A stretch of 59,762 nucleotides of DNA, filler included, from Diploschistes diacapsis (GCA_023645945.1; 5 parts of 5 records of this genome joined end to end with filler, not necessarily neighbours in it); one strand, 5' to 3'. Numbered from the whole stretch's first letter, positions 38,987-51,415 are shown. Numbers and translations are program-made. Notes: generated from the sequence alone by a model not told the origin.

Positions 38987-39725
38987 TGTGTGACACTCTA
39001 TACCCCCAGCGCTGACACCGTGCCTCTCGCCCGCAAAGCCAGGGGTGGTATCACCGGATGGGGGGAAAGCCCTGTTCCGACACCCACCTCGCGAGCGAGG
39101 TCGTAAGGTGGCTAAAGCCCCCGAGCGGGTTGTCGGGGCGGAGCGTTACCTGGCATTTACCCCCCCCCCCCCGATTCCAATGGAACACCGGGGGCTATAT
39201 TACTCGAACGCAACCCCGCTGTGAATGGCACGCATACATAAATACGAGGCTGAAAAAAAAGAAACGAAAAGAAAAGAAAAAGAAGGGGGCACAGGACATC
39301 AACAAGCACGACCGTTCTTTCAAAGCCCAGCTTCAACAACCATATATTCAGGCCTTTTCTCCAAAAGCGGTGCCGCGTGTAGGAGGAGCCACACAGCGCA
39401 ACGTGCCGCATTCGAGAAAAAACCCTCATATCCCTTACCAGGGTAAAGGCAAGGCAAAGAAGTAGCCTTGGGCCTGGGACCTTTTGCGGCAACCCACTTT
39501 TCGTCCTGATTCAAAAAGGAAAAACAAAACCGTTTTGGTTTGCTTCCGAAGAAAATATGCAAACGCTCTGCCCAAATATACTCCGGTAACGCGACTTAGA
39601 TTCGAGGCTGGAAGGGGGCCTAGCTTCAGCACCGGGAGACCCCCGAACGGAAGAAGCGAACGGGAAGCCTTCCGATGGCGGCGAACCCTTTGTGGCGACA
39701 GACCTGGAACGGGGGCTTATCGCTA
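38987..39725 (-). ncRNA. Candidate structured non-coding RNA, class unknown
   Basis: Dense hairpins, a C(UUCG)G tetraloop, G-U pairs only on the minus strand, a 9-bp long-range stem, terminal hairpin followed by ACA, no credible ORF. Confidence 0.5.
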
Positions 39726-40207
39726 ACATGACATGAGTAGAAGAATGGAAATTGTGTTAGAGATGATTCGCCTGAGAGGGGAATCTCGGGGAATGGGGGT
39801 TAAGCACTAGTACTTCGTAGAGGGGGGCGTGTAAGCCATACAAGATGCCGCCAACGAAATCAAATACCGAATGCTCATCAAGTTCAATCAGTCGGTCGCG
39901 GCCAATGACATGGGAGTCCTACATACCCAGGCCAGCTTTCTGGGCATGGAGAGCTTCAAGCGCCGGACACGAAACTTGGAGATTGACCGGCCAAAAATGC
40001 ATGGAATTTCGCCCCGATCGACCGACCACCACAACCATATATTTCCGTAGAGCAACGTGTCTATCATAAGCCATACATCCACGCCATAAATGGAGGCTCC
40101 ATAATCCTCCTGCCCTTTTTCACCATGACTCCGCCTGCCCTGCCCCTGCCCTACTCTTTGTTCGCTCACGATCAGTTTCGTTCGTCGTGCCTCATAGGCA
40201 CATCCCA

Positions 40208-41467
40208 TCACAGCGCATCCCCCACTCCATTCATCTGCACGCTATGCCCTCTGCCTCCACCGCCGTCGCCTCCCACGCCTCGCCTCCGCCTTGGCAGCGC
40301 CTTTTTCCTCCTCTCCCCCACCATCGTGCCGGGCCCCCCTGCCGCGCCGCCGTTCTGCTGCTGCGTTTCTGTGCCTTGTGCCTCGCCTTCTCCTTCCTCG
40401 TCTTCGTCTTCCTCGACCTCCATTTCTTCGTTTTCCTCCGCGTATCTGCTCACCTCGTCCAGCTCTGTCACGTCCACGGGTCTGCTCCTCAGCCACTTCA
40501 TCCTCGGGCCCGTCTTCGCCCGTTCGGACACTCTGAAGCCGTAGATCTTCGGCTCGTGTATCTTTCCCGGCCCTAAACCGGGCGCAAGATTTGATGGCGA
40601 AATCCCGTTAATGCTTGTCGGCTGGTTCAGTGGTGGCAGCCACTCCGCCGGTATCTGTGGCGTGGGCGCTAGAGGGTTCGAGGGGCCGCCGACGGCGTTG
40701 TTCGAGGTCAAGGATGATGAGCGAGACTCTCGTCTTCCCAAAGCGGTGTTGGTTGGCGGATTCAAAGGGAAAGGCGCGAATATAGGGTTTATAGCGACTA
40801 GATTCAAGGGATCGCCTTTGGCAGCGACCTCTATCTCTGGAAAGGTCATGAGGAACAAAGAGCCGAACGTGGTGCCGAAAAAGGCACCGTCGACGGAGCC
40901 GAAGCGGGAGTTGGGCGGGATATAGACGTCCAGACAGGAGGGACAGAAGAGTTTGACGGTATCAATACCGGGCGTGTCGTGGCAACCTACGGGCAGCACC
41001 TTTGTACTGTTGCAGAATACACGCGGGCAGTGACCAAAGTGCACCGCGTCGTATTTTTCCGCCATTTGCTGGATACCCGGCCGGGACGTTATGTAGCGTT
41101 GATGGATGAGACCGTAGAGAAGCTCGGCGGACGACTCGATCACGCTTAGGTCGCTAGCCATACGCGTATGCCTCCGTTGCGGGCGATAACCGTCCAGCCT
41201 GTTGCCATTCTCGTCGTGCATTACTTCGTCGTCGTCGTCATCCTCCTCCTCCTCCTCCTCTTCCTCCTCGTCATCCTCCTCCTCTGGTTCTACGTCGAGT
41301 ATCATCTCGAGCGCTTCCTTGTACATGGGCACTTGCGACTGCAACCCAGTCAAGTTGAAATCATCTTCGATGAAGTCTTCTGAGACTTCCGCGAAGTATT
41401 CGTGGCCGAGCAGCGAGCAGAACGACGAGATCCAAGACTCAGGTGCGGCCGACTCTGACGAGGACAT
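40208..41467 (-). CDS. CKB1: Casein kinase II regulatory beta-1 subunit, coding region intronless
   Basis: SWISSFCSLLGHEYFAEVSEDFIEDDFNLTGL, acidic loop, LYGLIHQRYI, zinc finger CPRVFC...CPSC, DGAFFGTTF, PKIYGFRV. Confidence 0.95.
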   Translation of the reverse strand: MSSSESAAPESWISSFCSLLGHEYFAEVSEDFIEDDFNLTGLQSQVPMYKEALEMILDVEPEEEDDEEEEEEEEEDDDDDEVMHDENGNRLDGYRPQRRHTRMASDLSVIESSAELLYGLIHQRYITSRPGIQQMAEKYDAVHFGHCPRVFCNSTKVLPVGCHDTPGIDTVKLFCPSCLDVYIPPNSRFGSVDGAFFGTTFGSLFLMTFPEIEVAAKGDPLNLVAINPIFAPFPLNPPTNTALGRRESRSSSLTSNNAVGGPSNPLAPTPQIPAEWLPPLNQPTSINGISPSNLAPGLGPGKIHEPKIYGFRVSERAKTGPRMKWLRSRPVDVTELDEVSRYAEENEEMEVEEDEDEEGEGEAQGTETQQQNGGAAGGPGTMVGERRKKALPRRRRGVGGDGGGGRGHSVQMNGVGDAL

Positions 41468-42311
41468 ATCTACTCGCAAACCTGCAGAAGCTAATCCAGC
41501 GGCTTCGCGTCGACGAAGCAAATCCAATCGAGGGTATGAGAGCTATATGATTCCCGCTCCTTGAGCTCCGTCTCTTTTGAATATCAGAGGGGCGAAGGCG
41601 ATAATGGCCGCTAAGTTCTCCACACAAGCAGTCAGTTGACCTGGATGATCGAGAAGGGGGATTGATATAAAGGTGGATTAATGCTTTGTTGGTGAACTAT
41701 CCGAAGCTGAAGGATAACTATACTATTTGTTTGGGTTTAAGCGAGTTGTGAGATGGCCGTTGATCTTGAAGAGCTTAACGCAGGCATTGGAGAACCCATC
41801 AGTACTCTAGATCTCAAAGTCTATGGCTTGGGCAGTATGCAGAGGCCGGCACCAAGTGCGAAAGTAAGCAGGATCACGCTGCAATGGTCTCAGCAGTTGC
41901 GTAGAATAGCCAAAAACGGGTGACATCAATGATCAAGGGCCTGTTTGCAAACGCTGAAAGTAGCTCCAATTTAGTGAATCAAGATGTTCGCAATAAGTTG
42001 AGGCTCTTGAATTACACGACTTTGAACAGGCCCGAGTTGTTGGCGATGGTGGGGCTGAAGTTGGCAAAAGCTGCCCTACATGGTATAAGAATTTTACCAA
42101 ATACTAAACACGGCATCGGAAGGAACCAGATCGACAACCTAACAAGCGAAAAGCCGATCAAAGCCTCTATTGTGCAGACAATAGGAAGGAACAGAGTGAA
42201 TGCACAATCCTGTTTATATAGCCAAAGACAAGTCGCTAGGAGGAGATAGTGAGCATAAAGATTTAGCAGCTACATTATCCACAACCGTTACGGAAAACAA
42301 GGCAGATTTCC

Positions 42312-44840
42312 CTAAAAACATTCCTTCATAATCTTCACGAACTCCTCCTCGTTACCGCCGGCCATGGACCAGGTTCCCATATGCGGCATTCCGTCTGGGG
42401 ATCCCATCATGCCCCCGGCTACCATCATACCGTCTTGTCTTGCCATCATGATCGGAAACCCGCCAGCGGCTTCGAAGAGATTAGTAAGCTCGTGACTCAT
42501 TTGGTGTCCGGTCATTGGGCTTGCAGACAAGGAGTTCAACGCATGTCCTGAGGCGTATAGAGTACTCTCGTCAACTTGGTGGCCGGCAAGGCCTGCCATT
42601 GCAACAGCAGCAGATGCAGGGTCGTTTCCGTGGACTCCTTGACTGGGCGTCAGACCCAATTTCGGAGCCATATCTTTAAGGCCCTGGATCACCTTCCACA
42701 GTCGGCGGCTTATGTATGACTCTGGTCTGTAGTCTTTGACCAAGTCCAAGGCCATGTAGAATTCTTCTCGGACTTGTTGACCGAACTCGAGCGGGGCATG
42801 GGAAACGGCGAGAAAGATAATGGCTAATGCCCCCATCACGTAATAGTTTGAAGATGCTTGCGGGCTTCTATAGAAGTCTGAAGTCCGGTGCACCAGGGAT
42901 AGCGTGCGGATGGTCTCCTTGGCAAGCTCAACGCACGTTTGCGCGTATCCACGGTCTTCCAGGATGCTGGTGATAGAATAGAGGACGGGCCTGTAGAGCT
43001 GTATTCGAGACTGGTTAGATTGTAAATAGAGCAAGAGCCGCAGCCTCTTCTGTCTCCTGCTAAGATGTGTGTTTTCTGGGTAATTGTCTGAAGGCTGATA
43101 CTTCAACGATTCTGGGATGGACTTGTGCCACTGCTGGATTTCGTAGTCTAGGAAGCCGATGTCGGCTTTTCTATTTTCGTTGTTGATGTTTTCGAATCCT
43201 GCTACGCTGGTCCAAACCTGAACAATATTAGAATTAAGTTGGGTCATCAGGGTGAGGACTGAAGTCTTACCTTCGAAGATATTCGGCCATGAGCGACCGT
43301 CAACTTAAGGTAGACAACTTCATCATCCTAAAGATGTCAGCTTCGCTAAGACGCCAGGTCTGGAACGCTTACCGGCACAGGCAGTTGAGGATCGATATCC
43401 GCGTCTTGCATGGCGAATGGCAGACCAGTACCAAAACTCCAGTGACGGTCGAGATGATAGATGACCCAGAACAGCCTCACGACCCATTTCAGCTCCTCTT
43501 CGGAGGTGAAGGTTTTGGCCAAGACTTCGCTACGATGGAGACCCATCTCAAAGCATGCACGTGCTGCGATACCAATGACTCGGTAGGCTTTAATTTCCTC
43601 GTCAGAATGTAGATAGTATTGTCCCTGCAGAAAAGATTGTCAGCGGAGCTCCATCTTAAGGGCATCGGCGCCGTTACTGAACGCACCGTTATGGTTAGCA
43701 GCTGTAAGTACTTGATGCTCGCAGGATTTCCAAGCCGATCTTGCAGGTTCGTTAGACGACGCACATTCTCGAACAGAGCACTGCCGGCCTCACTCTGGCC
43801 TCCATGCTCAACGGCCAAAGCCGTGGCTAGTATCATCTTCAGAATGAGAGTTTCGTCATCGGAAAATGACTCGCCCTTCTCGACACTCTTTTGCAAGAAG
43901 CCTACTCTCCGCAAAGAATCCACGAAAGTGAAAAGCGTTTTCGCCTTTTTGATAATTTCGTCCATGTCTAGCATAGGAGCAGAACTAGCGATCTCTTCAT
44001 CGTAAATATGACAGAGCCTCAGAACCTCGTCCTGTGTAAGGGACAGCAAAGGATCTTTACACGGATTTACGTTCTGCTGGGGTATGTTGCTGATGCTCGG
44101 CGAGCCGATGTTTGGTACTGAGCCACCTCGGCCGGTAGCAGCTTCGCCCGTCCCATAACCGGGCTGTTTGATACCCATGCTTTGCAGACTGGGGTTTGCG
44201 ACATCGAAGTCGTAGGCTGAGCTCGTTGGGCCTGAGAAGTGAGGCGCAAGCCGCTGCTTAACGCGAACTTCATCAGGGCTCTGGGTCTGGTATGCAATCT
44301 GTGGATCAAGTGGTCCGACGGAAGAGGTACGTTGAAGCTCTGCCTTTTGCTGCAAGGCTGCCATGTTGGTATAGAGACCGTCTACCTGCTCTTGAAGTGA
44401 TTGAAGGTGCTGGGTCACCTGTCGATACTCACTACGAGCGGTCAGCTCCTCCTCACGAGCGCACGAGCATTTCGCCTTTCAAAGTATGGGAAAAGGTCGT
44501 ACTCCGAATCCTTGAACCCATTGCTGCAGCAATTGGGGGCATATACGCAATCGAGCGATAGGTTGCCGCAACGCTGGCACGGGATTTCTCCATTACATTT
44601 GATTTTCCTTCGCTTGCACTCGTTGCTATTGCCGAGGTCAGTGCAGTCGAAGACAGAGAACGAATGCGACAACGGAGTGCAGTCTCACCAGGCGATGGAG
44701 ATGTAGCGGTTGCGTTTTGCTCTGGTTGGCTGGCTGGGCGAGCGCTCGTGTGCGCTGGCCTTTCTTTTTTGCGAAGCCGACTTTTTTCCATCCTGTGATT
44801 GATCGTCGACGCTCTGCTGGTCATAGTTTGCAGAATCCAT
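42312..44840 (-). CDS. Zn(II)2Cys6 transcription factor with fungal-specific middle homology domain
   Basis: RNRYISIAC-NECKRRKIKCNGEIPCQRCGNLSLDCVY; MGLHR...LFWVIYHLDRHWSFGTGLP. Confidence 0.92.
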
Positions 44841-45333
44841 TGTGCAAGGGCCAACTGTTGATAGATGAGCGGAATTTACTCCGTTGCTGTAAGGGCGGAG
44901 CTGCGCGCTGAGACTAGTGCTGTAGAGGGTGAGGGGGGGGGGGGGAGAGATGGTCCATGCCTTGACGTCGGAAATATCGGATATAAACTCTAAAACGCTG
45001 GACGGTAATGGAGAAACCTATTTTCCCGAAAAGGTTTTGATACAACCTTGGAAGACAGAACTTATTGAATTTCACGTTGACTGAACATTGCTATTATTGT
45101 ATAACAAACGACCTTTGTAGTAAAAGTGGTTGGATACTAGTGGCTCGGAGCGCTCCTGAGCATGACCATGCTGAACCAATGATGGCTAGCTCAAGGTCAT
45201 CTGTTTCCAGCCACATAGTTGATCAGAATAAGCTTCATTACCTTCATATATCGGAGGGATATTTCCTTCTCCAAAGCATTAAAATTGGACTCAAAATCTC
45301 ATGATGATCGTGAAAACTTGAGTTCTGGAGCCC

Positions 45334-47284
45334 TCAATAGACTCTCCTTTGTACACAAGCTAGCGCGGCAGCTACCATACCCAGGAGATCTTTAATACCG
45401 GTCTGGGCGCGCTCCTTGATCATACCCGTCAAGCTCTTACCGGACTTCCGGGCCCAATAAGTTCCCAGGATGAGGGCCAGGAGCGCGGAATATCTCATTG
45501 CTCGCCACAAGCTCCTCTTCACGGCGCCCTGTCTCGTATACTTAAAGTGCCAGTCACCGTACTTGGGAAACAAGCACCGTAGACCAAAGTCGATCTGAGA
45601 ACGTCTAAATCACTCATTAGTCTGCTCTCATATCGTAATCGCCGTGGTACACTTACGGATATCCGGTAGAGTTCCAGCCGTTGTCGTCATAGTACCAACT
45701 TGTACAGCCTCCGCTCATGAAGACGGTATCTTTCAGCTCTCTCTGTATCTTTTGTGTGAAGGCTATTTCCTTTTCTCTCCTGATTTCTATTGTATCCACA
45801 TTGCCTTTCAGTATGGGTTCAATCAGCAACAACGTGTGCTCTACCATGTTTTCGATGGCAAGGATCACTGACGAATGCCCGGTCGCCGTATTGGGGCCGA
45901 AGATAATGAAGAAATTAGGGCACTCGTCCATGGCTGTACCAAGGTAGGCCTGTGGACCTCCTCGCTCCTTCCAGACATCTTGAATGGATCTACCATCTCT
46001 ACCAACGACCTGTAGCGGATGCAGCCAAGTCGTAATATCAAAGCCGTTTGCAAGGACAACCACATCAGCCGGGACAAATTCATCTTCAGAGTCCTTGCTG
46101 TCCTCTTCTGCCGAGGGCGGATACGTCTGTCTTCCAGAGAGTACAACACCATCCGGCTGCAGGCCTTTCAGCGTCTGCGTGGTGAGCCTGTACCGTGGGT
46201 CGTGCATCGAATCATACCACCCTGGACTGGGATCAAAGATACGCCGCTTGCAGCCAACACTATAGTCTGGCGTGAGCATCTCATGATACTGCTTCGGCGC
46301 CCTACGCCTCATACGAGCAAGAAGTGCTTTCTCCGCTTGCTCGCGACCTTTTACGCCATATTCGTTATTAAGAAACAACTGAAACCATACAAGCTCCGCA
46401 GTGAAGAACACGTACATTCGGAATAAGAACCCAAGTCGGAATCTCCCAAAGAGCGTCGGACCCCACTGCGCGAACCATTCTCTCCCCTTGGGGTCGTCGA
46501 TCTTTGGAGTGCACCACGGCGGGCTACGCATAAGCTGGGTGACTGATTTGGCGTTGTATGGTTCGTCTAAGATCGCTTGCATTACTTGGACAGAGCTGCA
46601 TCCGGTCCCCACAATGACGACATCCTTGTCCCTTATCTTGGCGTCCTCCTTCCAGCGAGCGGAGTGGAAGACCTCCCCCTTGAAGTCGTCCTTGCCTGGA
46701 ATACTGTCAGGCCACGCCTTTGGTTCGACGAGCCCACCGACACCACTGATAGCGATCTTAGCCCGGACCTTCTCTTGCTTTAGATAGACCGCGTCTTTCC
46801 CGTGTTCCGCAATGTACTCTCGTCTCTGCTTCTCGCCCAGATCTCCAGTCCCAGGAGCCATGTAGCTGAGCGTAGCTTCCCATAGCTTTTCCGATTCGAG
46901 CCATCGCAGCCCGGTGACTTCGGTGTTGAGTTGGATCTTGTCCACTATCTGGAACTTGCTGGCAACTCTATGGAGGTACTTCACGATGTCTTGGCCCGAG
47001 GGATACACGGCTGTCGCATCGTAGAAGGGCGCCCAGGAAAACGAATAAAAGGCGCATGGCACATCGCATTGTACTCCGGGGTATCTGTTGATCCACCATG
47101 TGCCCCCGACGCCAGACTGCCGGTCGAAGATTCTGAACTGATCAAACCCTAGCTTTTGCTTTAGACGGCAGGCCATAGCAATACCCGATTCACCGGCGCC
47201 AACGATGAGGATCGGGTAGTAGGTGTACGAGTTCTTATCGTAGCCATGCTCGACATGAATCGTGCGGGAGTGCTTAGTATCCAT
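45334..47284 (-). CDS. FAD/NADPH-dependent Baeyer-Villiger / FMO-type monooxygenase with C-terminal hydrophobic tail
   Basis: GAGESG, GGTWWINRYPGVQCD, FKGEVFHSARW fingerprint, GTGCSS, GCKRR, ANGF, PNFFIIFGPN, GCTSWY; one 3' intron. Confidence 0.92.
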
Positions 47285-47630
47285 AATGAAGTGTACAGCC
47301 TGAACAGATATGGGCGATACTGTACGTTCAAGATATACCAAGATGACGGAATATGGAAACAAGACAGCACGAAAAGCGGGCGTGAAGAAGGAGATAAGAA
47401 GCAAACGGTGTGGGGCAAGGGGGCGACCGAGGTAAAATGATCCTCCTTCATGGCGGACGACGGAACCTCCACGATTTTCAACTGCCCTACCGAAAATCGC
47501 AAAGTAGCCGAGACCTTGGGAACGCTTGGCTTATGGGTTTCTCCGCCGGACCCAGGAATCGGATTTTCCACTAGGAAAACCCAGCAAAGTGATGGAATAG
47601 AAAGCAGGTGCCCAGCCACCGCCCGGCACG

Positions 47631-47802
47631 ATGCCTCCAACAGTTCTCGTCCGGGCATTGCGCCTCCTCCCTACCAGGCTCGCCCTTCACCCCTCCACCC
47701 GCAGCTATGCCTCCACCGCTGCCCGTCTCCGCTCTGCTCTTCACATGGCTCCCCAACTCAACATAACCTGGTCCGCCCTCCCCCAACTCCACAATCTCTC
47801 CC
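47631..47802 (+). CDS. 5' fragment of a probable mitochondrially targeted protein
   Basis: Arg/Leu/Ala-rich acid-free presequence MPPTVLVRALRLLPTRL...RSYAST; truncated by the spacer. Confidence 0.5.
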
Positions 47803-47902
47803 NNNNNNNNNNNNNNNNNNNNNNNNNNNNNNNNNNNNNNNNNNNNTTAATTAATTAANNNNNNNNNNNNNNNNNNNNNNNNNNNNNNNNNNNNNNNNNN
47901 NN
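47803..47902. other. Artificial contig spacer
   Basis: N44-TTAATTAATTAA-N44. Confidence 0.99.
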
Positions 47903-48292
47903 GTTGGATGCTTGAAGGATAGGGGAGGGATCAGGGACGGGGGGGTTCAGATGGACGGAGATGAAGCGACAGGGCGGGCACGGGGTTCTTCTAACAGGTT
48001 CAAACACCCCAGCACCCGGCACGAAGATATCCAGCGCTCCAAAGGCGGCAATGCCGGCTTCGACGGCCGCGTCGAGGTCCGCCCAGATGGTGACGTCGGT
48101 CTTCTGGAACACGGCGCGCGGGGACCCTTCTTTGTATTGGTCGAGCAGAGCTTGTGACTCGGGTCGGAGGGCGATGTCTGCGATCAGGACGTTGCAGTGC
48201 TTCTCGAGCAGCAGCTTGGCGAAGTGGTAGTTGATGCCGGAGCCGGCACCGGTGATGAGGGCGGCTTTACCGGGGAGGGAGAGGGGTGGCAT
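47903..48292 (-). CDS. Short-chain dehydrogenase/reductase (15-hydroxyprostaglandin dehydrogenase-like), 3' truncated
   Basis: ALITGAGSGIN, FQKTDVT, LDIFVPGAGVFEP followed by an intron donor. Confidence 0.88.
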
Positions 48293-49048
48293 GGCTTGTT
48301 CTGGAAAGGAAAGGAAAGGAAACTTGAAACAACAGACGTTGGCGGAAGTTATTATTGAACCAAATGGGCAGACGGTGGAACGGTAAAAGGAAGAATCAAC
48401 ATGGATTTATAGTAGAGAATACATCATACGCTCACATGTGCTTTTTGATCGACCAGCAGCAACTAGGCCCGTTTTGCGCTGTTTGCACTTTCCCAACATG
48501 CCGTTGAATGGTGGGGGCGGGCCCCTGTAGCTCTCTGCATCTGCTGTGAAGAGAATGGAAAAGAAACTCATCCAGAGACGGCAACAAGGTGGTGTGAAGG
48601 GGGCATCAAAATTTCGTCATCGGTATCTGGGCACAATATAGTTGGGGTGAATTAAAGCATCGTAGGTTACTCTGAGACATTTTTATTCGTATCCAAAGGA
48701 TGAACCTGCCCTTAGCGCCAAGTGGGCACTGTAGGGACAGTGAAAATCCATTCCAGTCGAGTCGCAAAACTCTCAGGAATCATCTTGCGCCTTGCCAGAA
48801 CTCCTGGGGATAATGTAAAGGAAGGCCTTGTCTATAACTCGGAAAACTCAAAAACATTTCGTCCATCATTCCAATCTGTCGCTTGTATATGGTTGAGACC
48901 CAAAGAATGTTTGGTCTGATATCTTGGTATCATAAAACTTTTGAAAAATCTGTTCAAGAATTTCTATAATTGTTCAATACCGCTCAGAAAACCCAGGAAT
49001 GCTGACCGCCCAAACCAAATTAGAAAAGAGTTATCTTGGTCCAATATG

Positions 49049-50885
49049 TTAGTCAAAAAAGGTGAAGATGTTCGTGTGTAGTATGTTGATTGCGCGATCG
49101 GCATCCTGGTCCTCAATAACGCAGGAGATGTTGATTTCGCTAGCTCCTGTGATTTGCTCTGTTAGCCTGACTGTTCACACTTTTTGAGAATTTGTGAGGT
49201 TGAGATCACTCGCCTTGTGATATCATCTCAATATTCACGTTGTTCTCTCCGAGCACAGTGAACATTTTGCCCGCAATCCCAGTCATGCGCTTCATTTCTT
49301 GACCCACCAGGGATAAGATTGCCATGTTGTCAACCACGTCTACGGTGCCGTACTGCGCTAGGTCATTGACAGCGCCTCTGAGCGAGGCGTCTACGATCTC
49401 CTTTTCGTCATCACCACCAGCACTGACGAGCGCAGACTCGGAGTGAAGCGCCATCGAAATATGCACTTCTGAGGTCGAGATGAGATCGACCGACAACCGC
49501 CATTTGGAGAGGACACTAAAGATATTGGCGAAGAACCCGTAGGACAACGAGCGCTTGTTGGAGTGTACGTTAAGGACGCAAATCTTATGCTTTATTGTAA
49601 CGGCAGTCGGTCGGGGAGGCTTGTTCCCATTGACAGGCTTCGATGAGCTCCGTTTGCGGAAGTAACTGGGCGATGACGGGATCGAAGACTGGTCATCCGG
49701 CCTTGCTATTGGATCCGGCGAGATCATGGTACCGGGGCTGCGAAGGTTCATGACGTTGCGGATTCGAATGGGGATGCGGGCCTTGATGACTTGCTCCATT
49801 GTAAAAGGGTGTATCACTTCGGATCTGTTAGAAAGCAAGTTATTAAAAATGGAACTCATGGTCATAGAGTTAGAGATAGAGAAACGGACCCATAGAATGT
49901 TAACTCGGCGGCTTCCCCCGGGCTTATTGTAGGTAGAAGCCGAGCGGTTGGGACTTTTGAGGGATTGGCAGTGAATATTCCATCAACCTCTTTCCAGATT
50001 TCTAGGCTGGCCGCTTGTAGACCTACCGCCGTCAAGGCAGCGCAAAGGTCTGTATAGCCCCTTCCGATACGATTAAGTAACCCCCCTCTTACAGTCCCGA
50101 AGTACCCGGTCAGGACTGGCACTCGGTTCCCGCAAGCCCTCACCTTCTCTGCTAGAACATCCGTCAAGTGCTTGTAGAAACGGTTGTCGAGGTCTTGCGT
50201 ATCCCCTTCGAAATGCACCGCATCCGAAAGATCAACGCACACAGCGTCGATACCTCGATCCTCGAGGAGGGCAGCCATGAACAGACATGCAAGGATTTCA
50301 CCCTTGCTTATCACCGTGTCAAGACTCTTCGCGCTGACCTCACCGATCTCCTCGAGAGCACCAAGAAATCTGGAGAGCTTTCCGAGTTCATCGTCAATTC
50401 GGTCATGTACCGCGTTTTGAACTTCTTTGTGGACAATATAGGTGTGCGATTGCGCGACATGTTCAGCGCGGAGGTCCTCGATGATTTTCTTATAGCTTTC
50501 CGTATTCCGATTGCCCGCTTCTTTGGCCGCCCGTAGTAATCTAGTCAGTCGGTCAGGAAGTGCTCTATCTCGCTAAGGCGGCAACTCACCTACTGGTGCA
50601 TCCCGCCGACTTCGTATTGCCACTTCTCGCTGAGCAGACGGCGACGACCCGATAATCTTTCTGCCACTGACCAATGATATCCTCCGCAATGACCGCTGGT
50701 GCTTTGCCTACGCTCGTTCCACCGAACTTTTGCACAACCCATGGCTTATTGGGATCGTTCGATCGCAAAGACTTTTGGGGAGAAAGGAGGTTTGCCGGCT
50801 TGTCAACCAAGCCGTCGGTGAGGCAAGCTTCGCGAAACCCATTCAGGTGGGGCTCGGGGGGTCTTCCGACGAAAGCTGAAGCCAT
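49049..50885 (-). CDS. HOM3: Aspartokinase with two ACT domains, 4 exons
   Basis: VVQKFGGTSVG, VCSARS, GRGYTDL, IWKEVDGIFTANP, EAAELTFYG-SEVIHP, DLISTSEV, EMISQG-ASEINISCVI. Confidence 0.96.
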
Positions 50886-51296
50886 TGTCCATGTATACGG
50901 GAATGAGAAAGAATTATCCAGATAGACAAGTGCTGGAAGAGAGAATTTGACTGTGCGCTTGGAGGGGCTCTATTGCTGGTGAAAAAGGGCGGGATAGGGA
51001 CCAATCGAGGCGAGCGATTGATGGGAATTCTAGGGAATGGAAAGTGCTAGCCGTTCTATGGTCTAGCCTAGCCCCTACTATGAGTCTATGACTATAAAAC
51101 CGGTTAACGAATGTCTGGTAAGAAAGATGTTCTAGGGGAAAATTGTGTTATAGAAGACTAGAACGAAGAAAAAAGTGGCCCACTCGTTCTGTCCGCAAAT
51201 GATGCCATTTTTGAACTTTCAACCTTTATTCGCGTACCCTTGACTTCCGATGTCGCTATCGGGCCGAGAAAGTCCTAGTGAAGTAGATCTCGGGCC

Positions 51297-51303
51297 GAGT
51301 CAT
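51297..51303 (-). promoter_or_regulatory. Gcn4/CpcA-like element ATGACTC upstream of aspartokinase (second partial site TGAGTC at 51081)
   Basis: Matches the TGACTC core ~410 bp upstream of the ATG; aspartokinase is a typical cross-pathway-control target. Confidence 0.4.
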
Positions 51304-51368
51304 CAGGATCATCAGGTGCCCATATATATACCCAAGACGGGACCAGATTTTCGCTTCTTCTCTTCGCT

Positions 51369-51415
51369 CTTTTCTCAATTCTCTTTTCTCAATTTTCTTT
51401 TCTCAATTTTCTTTC
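51369..51415. repeat. About three copies of a 14-bp pyrimidine-rich unit (CTTTTCTCAATTTT)
   Basis: Seen directly. Confidence 0.75.

Noticed and set aside
39113..39720. RNase MRP RNA on the plus strand (AAAGCCCCC ... AACGGGGGCTTA resembles P4)
   Set aside because: Lacks the bulged U of GAAAGUCCCC, spacing is long, and wobble/UUCG polarity favours the minus strand
36072..40000. Telomerase RNA gene in the long intergenic region
   Set aside because: No TAACCCTAA-type template on either strand; only possible if the telomere repeat is atypical
42312..50885. TF-BVMO-SDR-aspartokinase biosynthetic cluster
   Set aside because: SDR and aspartokinase lie on a different contig across the spacer at 47803
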